The position numbers and the translations under genes were made by a program. 64,000 nt of DNA from the NCBI RefSeq assembly GCF_036917935.1, contig NZ_JBALEL010000022.1, positions 111,460 through 175,459 of the forward strand. Reading direction: 5' to 3'. The stretch is from Nostoc sp. (GTDB taxonomy: Bacteria > Cyanobacteriota > Cyanobacteriia > Cyanobacteriales > Nostocaceae). Below the pieces are notes generated by a model. The model did not search any database. It was not told where the DNA came from and saw only the letters and a program-made list of their open reading frames with translations. Below are positions 33,072 through 43,546 of the stretch, one piece after another. How positions within the stretch are numbered: position 1 is the stretch's first letter; the number at the start of each line of letters is the position of its first letter.

Positions 33072-34406
33072 ATGGAAGAAACGCTGAAAATTTTGCTTGT
33101 AGACGATGACGAAGGAGACCGGATAAGCATTCGTTCTGCCCTAACGAAAGCAGGTGTTCAGATGGAACTGTCTGAAGTAGGCGATGGTAATGATGCGTTT
33201 TCTGCCTTAACCACTACTGCATATCATTGTGTTTTCCTCGACTCTAGCTTACCAGATCAGGATGGACTAACCTTGATTCAACAGCTACGCTCTTCGGAAA
33301 TTAAAGTTCCTTTAATAGTCTTAACTGGTCAAGGAGATGAACAAATTACTCTCCAATTATTGAAAGCTGGTGCTACAGACTATCTCTCTAAGTCTAGAAT
33401 ATCCCCAGAAACTTTGTCGCAGGTTTTGCGGAGTGCGATTCGGGTTTATCGGGCGGAAATGCAGGCAGATTTGGCAAACCAGCAGCTTAGAGAAAGTCAT
33501 AAACAACTCATTAGTAAGAACCAAGAATTGGAGAGACAACAGCAACAGATTCAAATACAAAAGTTCAAGCTATTGGAGGCATCACGGCTAAAATCACTTT
33601 TTTTGGCAACTATATCCCACGAACTCAGAACGCCGATGAATGCGATTATTGGTTTTTCGCAAATACTGCTGCGTCCTAAGTTCGGTCAACTAACGCACCA
33701 GCAAGCAGATATGATTGAGCGGATCTTGAATAATGGGAAGCATTTGCTGATGCTACTTAATGAAGTTCTCGACTTTTCTAAACTGGAGGGAGGAGGATTA
33801 GACTTAAAGGCGGAAGTATTTGATGTATCAAAGGTAATAAATCTTGCTGTAGGTGAAATGCGTTCCCTAGCTGATGCTAAAAATCTTTCATTATTAGTAC
33901 AAACCGATTTGCAAAATCCTTTGGTATTTAATGATCCGGGTCGTGTAAAACAAATTTTAATTAACCTGCTCTCTAACGCCATTAAGTTTACAGAGTTTGG
34001 TGAAATTTGGGTTGAGGTTAAGGAACTCCCTGCAAATCAAGTGGCAATTATTGTTCAGGATACAGGTATTGGCATAGCACCCAGAGATTTTAAACATATT
34101 TTTGAAGCATTTCGGCAAGTTGATCAAACCATCACTCGCAAATATCCAGGTACAGGTCTGGGTTTGGCAATTATAGATTCGCTAGTACGAATGATGGGTG
34201 GTAAAATATTTCTTGAGAGCAAATTGGGGGTCGGTTCAATGTTTAAAATTGAATTGCCACATCAAATTAGATTACCGACTGTAGTCGATGATGCTCTACC
34301 TTTATATTTAGATGGTGAGGAAGTTTTTTGCTCTGCTAATAAACCCCATCATTCATCTTGTCAAGCCAGGAAAGCACCAATAGGATATCCTAAATTTAAA
34401 CTATAA
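33072..34406 (+). CDS. Hybrid histidine kinase (REC-coiled coil-HisKA-HATPase)
   Basis: LLVDDD, FLDSSLPD, SHELRTP, NLLSNAIKF, DTGIGI, GTGLGL. Confidence 0.93.
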   Translation: MEETLKILLVDDDEGDRISIRSALTKAGVQMELSEVGDGNDAFSALTTTAYHCVFLDSSLPDQDGLTLIQQLRSSEIKVPLIVLTGQGDEQITLQLLKAGATDYLSKSRISPETLSQVLRSAIRVYRAEMQADLANQQLRESHKQLISKNQELERQQQQIQIQKFKLLEASRLKSLFLATISHELRTPMNAIIGFSQILLRPKFGQLTHQQADMIERILNNGKHLLMLLNEVLDFSKLEGGGLDLKAEVFDVSKVINLAVGEMRSLADAKNLSLLVQTDLQNPLVFNDPGRVKQILINLLSNAIKFTEFGEIWVEVKELPANQVAIIVQDTGIGIAPRDFKHIFEAFRQVDQTITRKYPGTGLGLAIIDSLVRMMGGKIFLESKLGVGSMFKIELPHQIRLPTVVDDALPLYLDGEEVFCSANKPHHSSCQARKAPIGYPKFKL

Positions 34407-34443
34407 ATTACTTCCCAAAAAAACTGATAAAAGTTGATAAATC

Positions 34444-35568
34444 ATGTCTGTAGTTGAAGATAATAAAATTTATCGTATCCTCGCAGTTGACGACACTCGA
34501 GATAATCTCATTTTGGTTGAAGCAATTTTAGAAAGTGAGGGGTATAAAATTGATTTGGCTTCAGATGGAATAAAGGCTTTGCAGCAAATTGACCAATCTC
34601 CACCCGATCTGATTCTGTTAGATGTGATGATGCCGGGGATAGATGGTTATGAAGTCACACGTCGGATTCGGAATAACCCTGCAATCTCTTATATTCCAAT
34701 TCTGTTGATTACTGCCTTTCACCAATCCAGCGTTGTCGAAGGTTTGGATGCTGGTGCTGACGATTTTATTCGTAAACCATTTGATACTGATGAACTACTG
34801 GCAAGAGTGCGATCGCTATTGCGTCTTAAGCACAGTCTGGACGAACAACAAAAAATGGCCCGGCAACGCGAAGACTTTGTTTCCCGTCTGACTCATGATT
34901 TGCGAACTCCCCTAGTAGCCGCCGATCGGATGTTGAATTTGTTTGAGATGGAAACATTCTGCAAAATTTCGCCGGAAATGAAACAAGCGATCGCCGTGAT
35001 GATTCGCAGTAACCAAAATTTGATGGAAATGGTGAACACCCTGTTAGAAGTGTATCGCTTCGAGGCAGGTAAAAAAACGTTGAATTGGGAGGAATGCGAT
35101 TTACGTGAGATATCTCAAGAAGTAGTCAGCGAACTAAGTCCTCTAACTAGTGAAAAAGGCTTGACTCTGGAAATAGATACCCGTGAATTAGATCCACTGA
35201 GTCAAAACGCTGGTATTATTATGGGCGATCGCTTGGAACTACGGCGAGTCCTAAACAACCTGATTGCAAATGCCATCAAATTTACAGATACAGGAGGCAT
35301 AACAATCCGCATTTTTGAAACATCACCTGCTCCAGGAAATTCAAATTTGGTAAAAATTGAGGTACAAGATACAGGATATGGAATTGCGCCTGAAGATCGG
35401 GCAACAATTTTCGAGCGATTTCGCCAAGGTAGAAATAAACGCTCAGGTAGTGGCTTAGGACTACATCTATCCCACCGCATTGTCGAAGGGCACGCAGGAA
35501 CTATCCAGGTCGCTTCTGAACTAGGTAAAGGTAGTTTGTTTACTGTACAACTACCTAAAAACACTTAA
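34444..35568 (+). CDS. Hybrid histidine kinase (REC-HisKA-HATPase)
   Basis: LAVDD, LLDVMMP, THDLRTP, NLIANAIKF, DTGYGI, GSGLGL. Confidence 0.93.
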   Translation: MSVVEDNKIYRILAVDDTRDNLILVEAILESEGYKIDLASDGIKALQQIDQSPPDLILLDVMMPGIDGYEVTRRIRNNPAISYIPILLITAFHQSSVVEGLDAGADDFIRKPFDTDELLARVRSLLRLKHSLDEQQKMARQREDFVSRLTHDLRTPLVAADRMLNLFEMETFCKISPEMKQAIAVMIRSNQNLMEMVNTLLEVYRFEAGKKTLNWEECDLREISQEVVSELSPLTSEKGLTLEIDTRELDPLSQNAGIIMGDRLELRRVLNNLIANAIKFTDTGGITIRIFETSPAPGNSNLVKIEVQDTGYGIAPEDRATIFERFRQGRNKRSGSGLGLHLSHRIVEGHAGTIQVASELGKGSLFTVQLPKNT

Positions 35569-35856
35569 GTTGTTCTCCTTTACCAGAGATTTTTTTGAGG
35601 ATATCTCCCAAAAAATTACCAAAAATTGAATTAGCTTAAATTGATACTTGTATACTCCCCAACGACAGATGTATTGATAGACTAAAATTAACTAAATTCT
35701 GCTTTTGGATCATTCTATGGATAGTAGAAATCACTATTTTACAGAGTTATTATTCAGCCTATTAATGCCTGAAAAACGTGTATGCACCCTGGAATAATAC
35801 CCAGGGTCTTTTTTTATAAAAACTTAGATAATCATTGTGTTTTCATCGTTGACTAC

Positions 35857-35895
35857 TGTCATCCCCACCCTCAACTCTTAGTAGGGTGGGGATGG
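35857..35895. terminator. Hairpin downstream of the convergent TpsB gene
   Basis: CTGTCATCCCCACC...GGTGGGGATGGACAG imperfect inverted repeat. Confidence 0.45.
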
Positions 35896-35907
35896 ACAGG
35901 GGTACTG

Positions 35908-37701
35908 TTAAAAAGGATTATAGAGTAAACTAAAATACAGACCGTTTTCTTGTAATGTTCTATGATTTGAGTCAATAGATACTAAAGGAATGCCCCAGTC
36001 AAGACGAACGGTGAAGCGATCGCCCTGTGACCAACGCAACCCCAGACCAACAGCAGCTAAAGTATTAGGGTCGGGATTCTCTCTACCAGAACTGTTCCAG
36101 CCAACACCAAAATCTACAAAAGGGATAACCTGTAAGGTGCTATCTATCTGGGGTAAGCGCAAAATCGGGACTTGAACTTCCGCAGAAACAAAAGTGCCAT
36201 TATCCGTCAGCAGGTAATCTTGACGGTAGCCCCGAATGCTATCCTGCCCACCTAAGCCAAATTGCTCTAAAGGCAAAAGTGTTCTAGATGCGAATTGCGT
36301 ATTTAAACGTAATAACAATAAGGTTTCAGGAGCTAAAAGGCGTGCCCACTGCGCTTGTCCTTGCCAAGCAAAAAAACGGCTATCGGGAGCATCTTGATTA
36401 ACCGTGGCATTCAACACATCTATGCCCAAACTGAATTGAGAGCGTAAGGCGATGACTTCACGACTGTTACGAGAAGTCCATTCTTGAAAAAATCGCAACG
36501 CAGATACCCTGGTACGTCCCTCTTCATCAGCACCAGGCGAAAGTTCAGAGGCGGGAACCCCTAGTCTCTGTAGCAAAGATGAGATATCACTTTCGCGTCG
36601 GGAAGCTGTTAACCCCAAAGCGAATTCTTTTGTAGGAGTTTGAACTATGGGCTGGCGAAATGTCAGTTCGTAGTAGCGAGATGCCGATTCGATATCTAGG
36701 AAGTCGAAAGGAGGTTCAATGACATTACTCGACGTGACGCCATAGTTGAAGCTAAGGGTTCCATTGCGGGGATTGAGAGGTAATGTGTAGTTGGCATCAA
36801 AGGAGTTGCTACCATCAGTGTTAGTGTATCCTAAACTTAGACCATCTCCCAATCCGAGTAAGTTCGCTTCATTCAATCGTAATCCGCGGCGAAAACTGCC
36901 AACACTAGGCGATCGCCCATTATCAAGAACTATTTGACTACTAAAGGTTTTTGCCTCAGTGACTTTAACTTCTAAGAGACTCGCACCAGTCCGCGATCCT
37001 GCTGAGAGTTCAGCAGTCACGTTTTCAATCAAAGGATTAAGTTGCAAAAGTTGCAGTGCTTCTAACAGACGCTGGCGATTCAGAGGCGCTGATGTTGCTA
37101 TTGCTAGTCGGCTGCGGACATAATTCGGATTCAACCGCCGAGTCCCAGTTACCAGGATATCTTCTAATTTACCTTCGACCACCTGAATTTTGAGAACACC
37201 GGATTGGATTGTTTGAGGTGGAATATAAGCACCAGAAGTAATGTAACCATTTTTGACGTATAAATCAGTGATTTTAGAACGTGCTTGATAGACTTCAGTC
37301 AGCGAGATCGGTCGTTTGGTAAATTCAGCAGTGGCTTTGGCTAACTCTTGGGCACTGAAGACTGTGCTACCAAGAACTTCAAACCGTTCAACAACAATAG
37401 TTTGAGGAAAGTTGCCAGGGAGTCGTTCATCTGGTGTGGGAGTTGGGGCGGAGGGTGGAAATAGTTCTGCTGGTGGGGGGAGTGGCTGTGGCAGTTCAGG
37501 TGAGGGAAGGGGGGAAGGTGAAGGTGGTTGGATATCCTGTGGTGGGGGAATTTTTTGTGATCGGGTGAAATTACTAGTTGGTAATTGTGTAGCATCAACA
37601 GCCTGAGCTTTCAGTGGACTTAAAGATATACTGCTGAACAATAGAAGCATACTCAGCGGTAAGCAGGACACTATAAGATTCTGAGGGTATTTATCAATCA
37701 T
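35908..37701 (-). CDS. ShlB/FhaC/HecB family two-partner secretion pore (TpsB)
   Basis: Pro-rich N-terminus, POTRA (YVKNGYITSGAYIPPQ), LGGQDSIRGYRQ, VRLDWGIPL. Confidence 0.92.
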   Translation of the reverse strand: MIDKYPQNLIVSCLPLSMLLLFSSISLSPLKAQAVDATQLPTSNFTRSQKIPPPQDIQPPSPSPLPSPELPQPLPPPAELFPPSAPTPTPDERLPGNFPQTIVVERFEVLGSTVFSAQELAKATAEFTKRPISLTEVYQARSKITDLYVKNGYITSGAYIPPQTIQSGVLKIQVVEGKLEDILVTGTRRLNPNYVRSRLAIATSAPLNRQRLLEALQLLQLNPLIENVTAELSAGSRTGASLLEVKVTEAKTFSSQIVLDNGRSPSVGSFRRGLRLNEANLLGLGDGLSLGYTNTDGSNSFDANYTLPLNPRNGTLSFNYGVTSSNVIEPPFDFLDIESASRYYELTFRQPIVQTPTKEFALGLTASRRESDISSLLQRLGVPASELSPGADEEGRTRVSALRFFQEWTSRNSREVIALRSQFSLGIDVLNATVNQDAPDSRFFAWQGQAQWARLLAPETLLLLRLNTQFASRTLLPLEQFGLGGQDSIRGYRQDYLLTDNGTFVSAEVQVPILRLPQIDSTLQVIPFVDFGVGWNSSGRENPDPNTLAAVGLGLRWSQGDRFTVRLDWGIPLVSIDSNHRTLQENGLYFSLLYNPF

Positions 37702-37814
37702 CGCACTGGACTATTTTTTGTCAGCAACTATGGGATTATACGGGGACTGCTTCAGATGTGAATCTTACTTCATCTTTTGTCGCTAAAGTTGATATCTTGA
37801 GCAAATCTCAATTT

Positions 37815-38117
37815 AAAAGCAATTTTCATGTATTTGAACCACATCTGTCGTAAGGGCACAGAAAAAGCTCATTGGTGTCAACTTAACGTGAAAGCAAGTC
37901 TAGAACTAGCTTTTAGATTGCCTCGTTAAGAGTCTCCGACTGGGAATGCTCGTCCTTGAGGCTCCGCCTCTCTTGCTGGCGGCAGAGCCGCCAGGAGCAG
38001 CATTTCTAGCCTCTGGCTAGAAACGAGGTTTTAAAGGAGTTTCAGCTTAAGTTGACACCAATCAATGAGCAATGCTGTGCCCCTACCGCGTGGTTTATTT
38101 ACCTGAAAATAGCTGTA
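37815..38117. mobile_element. TACAGC/GCTGTA-family element whose REP hairpin is split by a nested MITE
   Basis: Right end reverse-complemented reads TACAGCTATTTTCAGGTAAAT (compare 6948). Arms GTAAGGGCACAG and CTGTGCCCCTAC lie either side of the insert. Confidence 0.7.
37871..38062. mobile_element. MITE, 192 bp, 16-bp perfect terminal inverted repeats
   Basis: ATTGGTGTCAACTTAA and TTAAGTTGACACCAAT. Carries a CTCGTT...AACGAG REP-like cassette related to 7147-7203. Confidence 0.85.
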
Positions 38118-38234
38118 ATATCATGTCCGCTTAATAACTTACGATAGTCATTGCGAACGAAGTGAAGCAATCACAAGGGTTTGGAGATTGCTTCACTTCG
38201 TTCGCAATGACAACTAATCAGCCGGACATGATAT
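38118..38234. mobile_element. Short element with 12-bp terminal inverted repeats and a 26-bp perfect internal hairpin
   Basis: ATATCATGTCCG and CGGACATGATAT. Arms GTCATTGCGAACGAAGTGAAGCAATC (38147-38172) and its complement (38186-38211). Confidence 0.8.
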
Positions 38235-38550
38235 AAAAGCTAAATCATCTGGTTATCGCAGACTTAAAAGTATCGATGAGACATCTCCATAAATTAATTA
38301 TGCGTTGCCAAAAATCCTTGGTAGGCAAAATTCATGGATTGTGCCTACGTCATTTTCACTCCTATATTTGTTGTCATAATTCTTGCTAGAGGAATGCTGT
38401 CCTCTGCCTCAGTAAAGTGACTAAAGCTTTTTTTGCGGTTTAAGTCTTACAGCAAATCTCTAATTTTAGTGTGCTGCAATCAGCGGAGGTCTTTCCGTTG
38501 CGCGTCTCTGCAAGAGAAGCCTACACGCTGATTGCAACCTCCTGCCTTTT

Positions 38551-40326
38551 TCACTCCATACCGCTTTGCTTAAACATTCCCATCAATTTACGTTTACGAG
38601 CGTGAGTTTGCATCAAGTTTTCCCGATAGCTTAACCAGTCAGCTTTCTTCCCAGATTCTAAGTAGGCATTACGCGCCTTTTTCAACCATTCAACCGCGTA
38701 ATAGTAGTATTCGGCTTTTCCTGCATCCATAATCTTTTCGGCACGGCGACGAGCATTAGCAATCACCCAACTAGGATTGTGAGGGATAGCAGCATCCATG
38801 ACTCGGTGAATTAACTCTGAATGATCAGAACTGATTTCACTAGCGATCGCAATTGCATCATCAATTAGCCCCTCATGCAAGAATATATCCACCTTGGCTG
38901 ATTCTGTTCCCCAACCACTATAAGTACGGACAATTCTCAGCAGGTCTGTTTGGACACTTTCCCAGTTTTCCCCAGCCAATTCTGCCATCTTTTGGTAATC
39001 CACAAAGGAGGGCTTGACTTGAAAAGCCGCTTTGATTCCTAATAAAGCAGTTTCACTATTACCCAACTCAACAGCTAAATCACTTGTCCAAATTCCCAGT
39101 TCGTACTGACAATTACCAGGTAAATTTAATCCACTCTGGGCTATATCTAGTGCTTGCTGTAATGCTCCCTGAACGCTGAGTGTTTTCGCTAGGGCAAAGG
39201 CTTCTTCCATTGAGTTCATTTGGGTTTGAGCAGCATCAATTGCTTCTTCCACCCTGCCTAAACGCCCCAACATTGTCAGATATTGCTGGGTTTGCCCTTC
39301 CGCTGCTGCTAAATACAGGTATTCTTGATAACGTTCTTGACGTTCGAGAATTTTCAGGCGAATTAATGCCAAATCGTCTGCATAATCTGGTACATCTTCT
39401 TCCCAAGCTCCCCTTTCGCTGATATTACCTTGGAGAACTTGTACCAGGGGCGGATAATCCCAACCTTGGCGTAAAGCCTCCATAATTAGGCCAAAATCAA
39501 CATTCCACTCATCTTGCCACGCTTCCAAATTTATTTGAATATCAACTTTTTCTTCTGGGGAGAGTTCGGTGCTAAGAATTGCTTCACACCAAGCTTGATT
39601 CAGTTCCTTGACAATTTGCTCATTTTCAGCACCGTATTCGGCAACATCATCCCAATTTTCGACACAGGTAGAGGTAATCGCTTCCAAAATAGCGATCGCA
39701 TTTTCACCCTCTCCCCGTTCGCTAAAATCTACCGCAGTTTGCACCACACTCAGCAAATCTTCGCCAATCGGGTCTTCTTCGTACCCCTCCTCAAAGTAGC
39801 GCACGGTATCCTTGAGAATCTGCCGTACTTGCCGCCGAAAGGGAGCCGGATCAAGAGTATTACGGCGCACGGGTTTTATGGTTGTTTGGTTATCAGCAGG
39901 ATTCGTCATCCAACTGACATGGCGGTCAATCGCCTCAATCAGTGGTGAGTATTCTGCTACCAACTCTTGCAGCAGCCTTTGAGTTTGGATATGATCGAGG
40001 CGATTTAGTAGTTGTTCTAGGGTGGGGCGCTGCTCAATATTTTCTGAGTTACGCGCACAGACGAGCATCGTCGCGACAATGTGTTTGCACCACCCTTGAA
40101 AGTCGTAGGCACAGGTGCATTTTACTGAGGTTAACCCACTGCTATCGAAACTCAGGTTGACATGATAAGGTCTAGCTTGAGTGCCGACAACATCTGCCTG
40201 AAGCAGATGACCACGTTGGATCACGGCATTGACAGCACCAGACTGATAATATGCCTCGCCCCGCTGGAAAGATTTGGCGTTGGCATGACGGCGAATAGTA
40301 AATTCACTAATTTGGGGAATAGACAT
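38551..40326 (-). CDS. SWIM zinc finger domain protein with helical-repeat C-terminus
   Basis: AKSFQRGEAYY; CTCAYDFQGWCKHIVA (CxCx(n)CxH). Confidence 0.9.
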   Translation of the reverse strand: MSIPQISEFTIRRHANAKSFQRGEAYYQSGAVNAVIQRGHLLQADVVGTQARPYHVNLSFDSSGLTSVKCTCAYDFQGWCKHIVATMLVCARNSENIEQRPTLEQLLNRLDHIQTQRLLQELVAEYSPLIEAIDRHVSWMTNPADNQTTIKPVRRNTLDPAPFRRQVRQILKDTVRYFEEGYEEDPIGEDLLSVVQTAVDFSERGEGENAIAILEAITSTCVENWDDVAEYGAENEQIVKELNQAWCEAILSTELSPEEKVDIQINLEAWQDEWNVDFGLIMEALRQGWDYPPLVQVLQGNISERGAWEEDVPDYADDLALIRLKILERQERYQEYLYLAAAEGQTQQYLTMLGRLGRVEEAIDAAQTQMNSMEEAFALAKTLSVQGALQQALDIAQSGLNLPGNCQYELGIWTSDLAVELGNSETALLGIKAAFQVKPSFVDYQKMAELAGENWESVQTDLLRIVRTYSGWGTESAKVDIFLHEGLIDDAIAIASEISSDHSELIHRVMDAAIPHNPSWVIANARRRAEKIMDAGKAEYYYYAVEWLKKARNAYLESGKKADWLSYRENLMQTHARKRKLMGMFKQSGME

Positions 40327-40339
40327 CGAGCGATCGCCT

Positions 40340-40386
40340 GCGTAACACTAAGCTGGATCAATCCTAAATCCAGCTTAGTGTTACGC
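40340..40386. promoter_or_regulatory. Perfect 19-bp hairpin just upstream of the SWIM gene
   Basis: GCGTAACACTAAGCTGGAT - 9 nt - ATCCAGCTTAGTGTTACGC. Confidence 0.4.
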
Positions 40387-40748
40387 TAACGCGCTGTAAA
40401 GAAAAAGGTGTGGGGACTCTGGATGAGACTGCAATTTCTATTCCTTAACTAGCTCAGAACTGGAATCCGCTTCACTACCCTGCAAATACTCACCTAATTT
40501 ATTGTCGCTTTTCTGGGAAAACCAACCCATATAATGAAAACATCCATATTTTCGCCAGAAGTGAGTGAATCATAATTTGAGTTAGCAACACCCGAACCTT
40601 AAATCAGTGAACAGTCAACAGTAAACAGTCAGGGTAATGTATGGTGAGGGATTTATAGTCTAGCGATAAAACTGATAACTGTTAAAGGGGTTGCGCTGAT
40701 TGTCGGTCAAGTTGAGAATAAATAGGCGAAGCACACGGGGAAACTAAC

Positions 40749-42179
40749 GTGAGTCAAGGATATGATTACGATTTAGTAATTATCGGCGCTGGTGTAGGCG
40801 GACATGGCGCAGCCTTACACGCCGTGAGTTGTGGTCTGAAAACAGCGATTATTGAAGCTGCTGATATGGGAGGAACCTGTGTTAATCGGGGCTGTATTCC
40901 TTCTAAAGCTCTGCTGGCAGCATCTGGACGTGTACGGGAGTTACGCAATGCCCACCACCTCAAGTCACTGGGAATTCAAATTGGTAGCGTGGAATTCGAT
41001 CGCCAAGCGATCGCCAATCATGCTAATAATCTCGTCTCGAAAATTCAAGGCGACTTAACCAACAGCCTCAAACGTCTAAAAGTCGATATCATCAAAGGTT
41101 GGGGAAAAATCGCTGGGGCGCAAAAAGTTTCTATCACCGGAGACGGTGGTGAAAAAACGATCACAGCCAAAGATATCATCCTTTCGCCAGGTTCAATTCC
41201 TTTTGTGCCTCCGGGGATTGAAGTAGACGGCAAAACTGTCTTTACCAGCGATCAAGGTGTCAAGTTGGAGTCGCTACCAGACTGGGTAGCGATTATTGGC
41301 AGTGGTTATATCGGCTTGGAATTTTCTGATATTTACTCAGCTTTGGGTTGTGAAATCACCTTGATTGAAGCCCTAGATCAGTTAATGCCAGGATTTGACC
41401 GCGATATTGCCAAACTTGCCGAACGGGTGCTAATTACTCCCCGCGATATTGAAACGAAAGTCGGGATATACGCCAAAAAAGTCATTCCCGGTTCACCTGT
41501 GGTGATTGAGTTAGCAGATTTCAAAACCAAAGAAGATGTCGATGTCATCGAGGTAGATGCTTGCTTGGTGGCTACCGGACGCATCCCAGCGACCAAAAAT
41601 CTGGGTTTAGAGTCTGTGGGCGTGGAAGTTGATCGGCGGAATTTTATCCCAGTTGACGATCGCATGGCAGTGCTATCAGCAGGTGAAGTCGTGCCGCATT
41701 TGTGGGCAATTGGCGACGCTAATGGGAAAATGATGTTGGCACATGCGGCTTCTGCTCAAGGCATCATCGCGGTAGAAAACATAGTTGGGAGGGAAAGAAT
41801 AGTAGACTATCGCAGCATCCCCGCAGCGGCATTTACCCACCCAGAAGTCAGCTATGTAGGCTTAACTGAAACAGCAGCTAAGGAGTTGGGACAAACCGAG
41901 GGGTTTGAAATTGCCACAAGTAAAAGTTACTTCAAAGGAAATTCCAAAGCGTTGGCAGAAAATGAAGCCGACGGTATTGCCAAGGTGATATATCGCAAAG
42001 ACACCGGAGAAGTCTTAGGCGTTCACATTTTCGGACTGCACGCCTCAGACTTAATTCATGAAGCGTCAGCTGCGATCGCCAACCGTCAATCTGTCCAAAG
42101 TCTCGCACATTTAGTTCACGCCCATCCAACACTTTCGGAAGTCTTGGACGAAGCTTATAAACGAGCGATCGCAATTTAA
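40749..42179 (+). CDS. lpdA: Dihydrolipoyl dehydrogenase (E3)
   Basis: [19 protein letters not shown] redox disulfide, HAHPTLSE. Confidence 0.97.
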   Translation: MSQGYDYDLVIIGAGVGGHGAALHAVSCGLKTAIIEAADMGGTCVNRGCIPSKALLAASGRVRELRNAHHLKSLGIQIGSVEFDRQAIANHANNLVSKIQGDLTNSLKRLKVDIIKGWGKIAGAQKVSITGDGGEKTITAKDIILSPGSIPFVPPGIEVDGKTVFTSDQGVKLESLPDWVAIIGSGYIGLEFSDIYSALGCEITLIEALDQLMPGFDRDIAKLAERVLITPRDIETKVGIYAKKVIPGSPVVIELADFKTKEDVDVIEVDACLVATGRIPATKNLGLESVGVEVDRRNFIPVDDRMAVLSAGEVVPHLWAIGDANGKMMLAHAASAQGIIAVENIVGRERIVDYRSIPAAAFTHPEVSYVGLTETAAKELGQTEGFEIATSKSYFKGNSKALAENEADGIAKVIYRKDTGEVLGVHIFGLHASDLIHEASAAIANRQSVQSLAHLVHAHPTLSEVLDEAYKRAIAI

Positions 42180-42281
42180 TCATTTGTTCTTTGTCATTTG
42201 TCCTTTGCTAATAAACAAGGACAAATGACCACTGATCAATGACCAATGACCAATGACAAATGACCACTGACCAATGACTAA
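42180..42281. repeat. STRR tract (CAATGAC-type heptamers, partly inverted)
   Basis: TTTGTCA/TTTGTCC units facing (CAATGAC)n. Confidence 0.85.
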
Positions 42282-42283
42282 TT

Positions 42284-43174
42284 ATGCAAATCCGTCGTCG
42301 TTCACCTAACCCAGTTATTGCTGTATCCATGTTACGTTATCAGGCTGTCGTGCCTGACGGAGCGCCAAACAACATCTTGGAGGAAATTGTCTGGCAGAAA
42401 GAAGTAGAATATGACCAAATGCGGGAAAAGGTTCCTTTGCAAGAATTACAGAAGCAGGTACTCACTGCGCCGCCAACCCGTGATTTTGTCGCCGCTTTGC
42501 GCCAAGGTAAGACAAAGCCAGCATTGATTGCCGAAATCAAAAAAGCTTCACCCAGCAAAGGCGTTTTACGAGAAGATTTTGACCCAGTAGCGATCGCCCA
42601 ATCTTATCAGCAAGCCAAAGCTAGTTGTCTTTCTGTACTGACAGATACCAAGTTCTTTCAAGGTAGTTTTGATAACTTAGCCAAAGTTCGGGCTGCGGTA
42701 GATTTGCCCTTACTTTGTAAAGAGTTTGTGATTTATGCTTACCAAATATACTTGGCGCGAGTTCAGGGTGCAGATGCTATTTTGTTGATTGCAGCTATCC
42801 TGAGCGATCAAGATTTGAAATACTTCCTCAAAATTGCTAACAACCTGAAAATGGCAGCCCTGATTGAAGTCCATAGCTTGGCAGAACTTGACCGTGTGTT
42901 AGCCTTAGATGGAGTCTCCTTGGTAGGAATCAATAATCGCAATTTGGAAGATTTCTCTGTTGATCTGCAAACCACTTGCCAACTTTTAGCTGCAAGGGGT
43001 AGCCAATTGCAAGAGAAAAACATCCTTGTTGTCAGCGAATCAGGACTACACAACCCAGAGGATTTGAGTTTGGTGCTGACAGCAGGTGCATCTGCTGTGC
43101 TTATTGGAGAATCTTTGGTAAAACAACCAGATCCCGGCGCTGCGATCGCCCATATATTGCCGAGGAATTTCTGA
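42284..43174 (+). CDS. trpC: Indole-3-glycerol phosphate synthase
   Basis: [37 protein letters not shown]. Confidence 0.97.
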   Translation: MQIRRRSPNPVIAVSMLRYQAVVPDGAPNNILEEIVWQKEVEYDQMREKVPLQELQKQVLTAPPTRDFVAALRQGKTKPALIAEIKKASPSKGVLREDFDPVAIAQSYQQAKASCLSVLTDTKFFQGSFDNLAKVRAAVDLPLLCKEFVIYAYQIYLARVQGADAILLIAAILSDQDLKYFLKIANNLKMAALIEVHSLAELDRVLALDGVSLVGINNRNLEDFSVDLQTTCQLLAARGSQLQEKNILVVSESGLHNPEDLSLVLTAGASAVLIGESLVKQPDPGAAIAHILPRNF

Positions 43175-43379
43175 AAAGTTACACCTCATCAGCCCCAACT
43201 GGCTTAGGGCAAACTGCACACAATAGTTGGCAATTGGGCACACTATGCGTAGACACGCAGCACTTTGCCATCAAATATCATCAATATCTTTGCCAAATCT
43301 TCATTGCTAATCAAATTAAAGCCATAAACAACTAGTTATTTATTATGTAACAATTCATTTACAAAAGACAAACTCTGAC

Positions 43380-43505
43380 TAAGTAGGTAGGCACGAATTA
43401 ATCTAACTATGTAACAAAATGTAAACCCGTCAAAGTCCTTGTGATTGCTTGGTTACACTCCGTTTCACTCGCAATGACATACTTGTAAATTTTCCCACCT
43501 ACTTA
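43380..43505. mobile_element. Short element with TAAGTAGGT(A/G)GG terminal inverted repeats carrying half of the GTCATTGCGA hairpin
   Basis: TAAGTAGGTAGG and CCCACCTACTTA; internal GATTGCT...TCGCAATGAC. Confidence 0.65.
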
Positions 43506-43546
43506 CTTAATAGAAAATACCAAATATGAAATCAAAATTTAAGTTC

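Noticed and set aside
42180-42281. Tandem repeats as a possible CRISPR array (also 17352, 31024, 562)
   Set aside because: These are 7-bp STRR units without spacers, and no cas genes are present.
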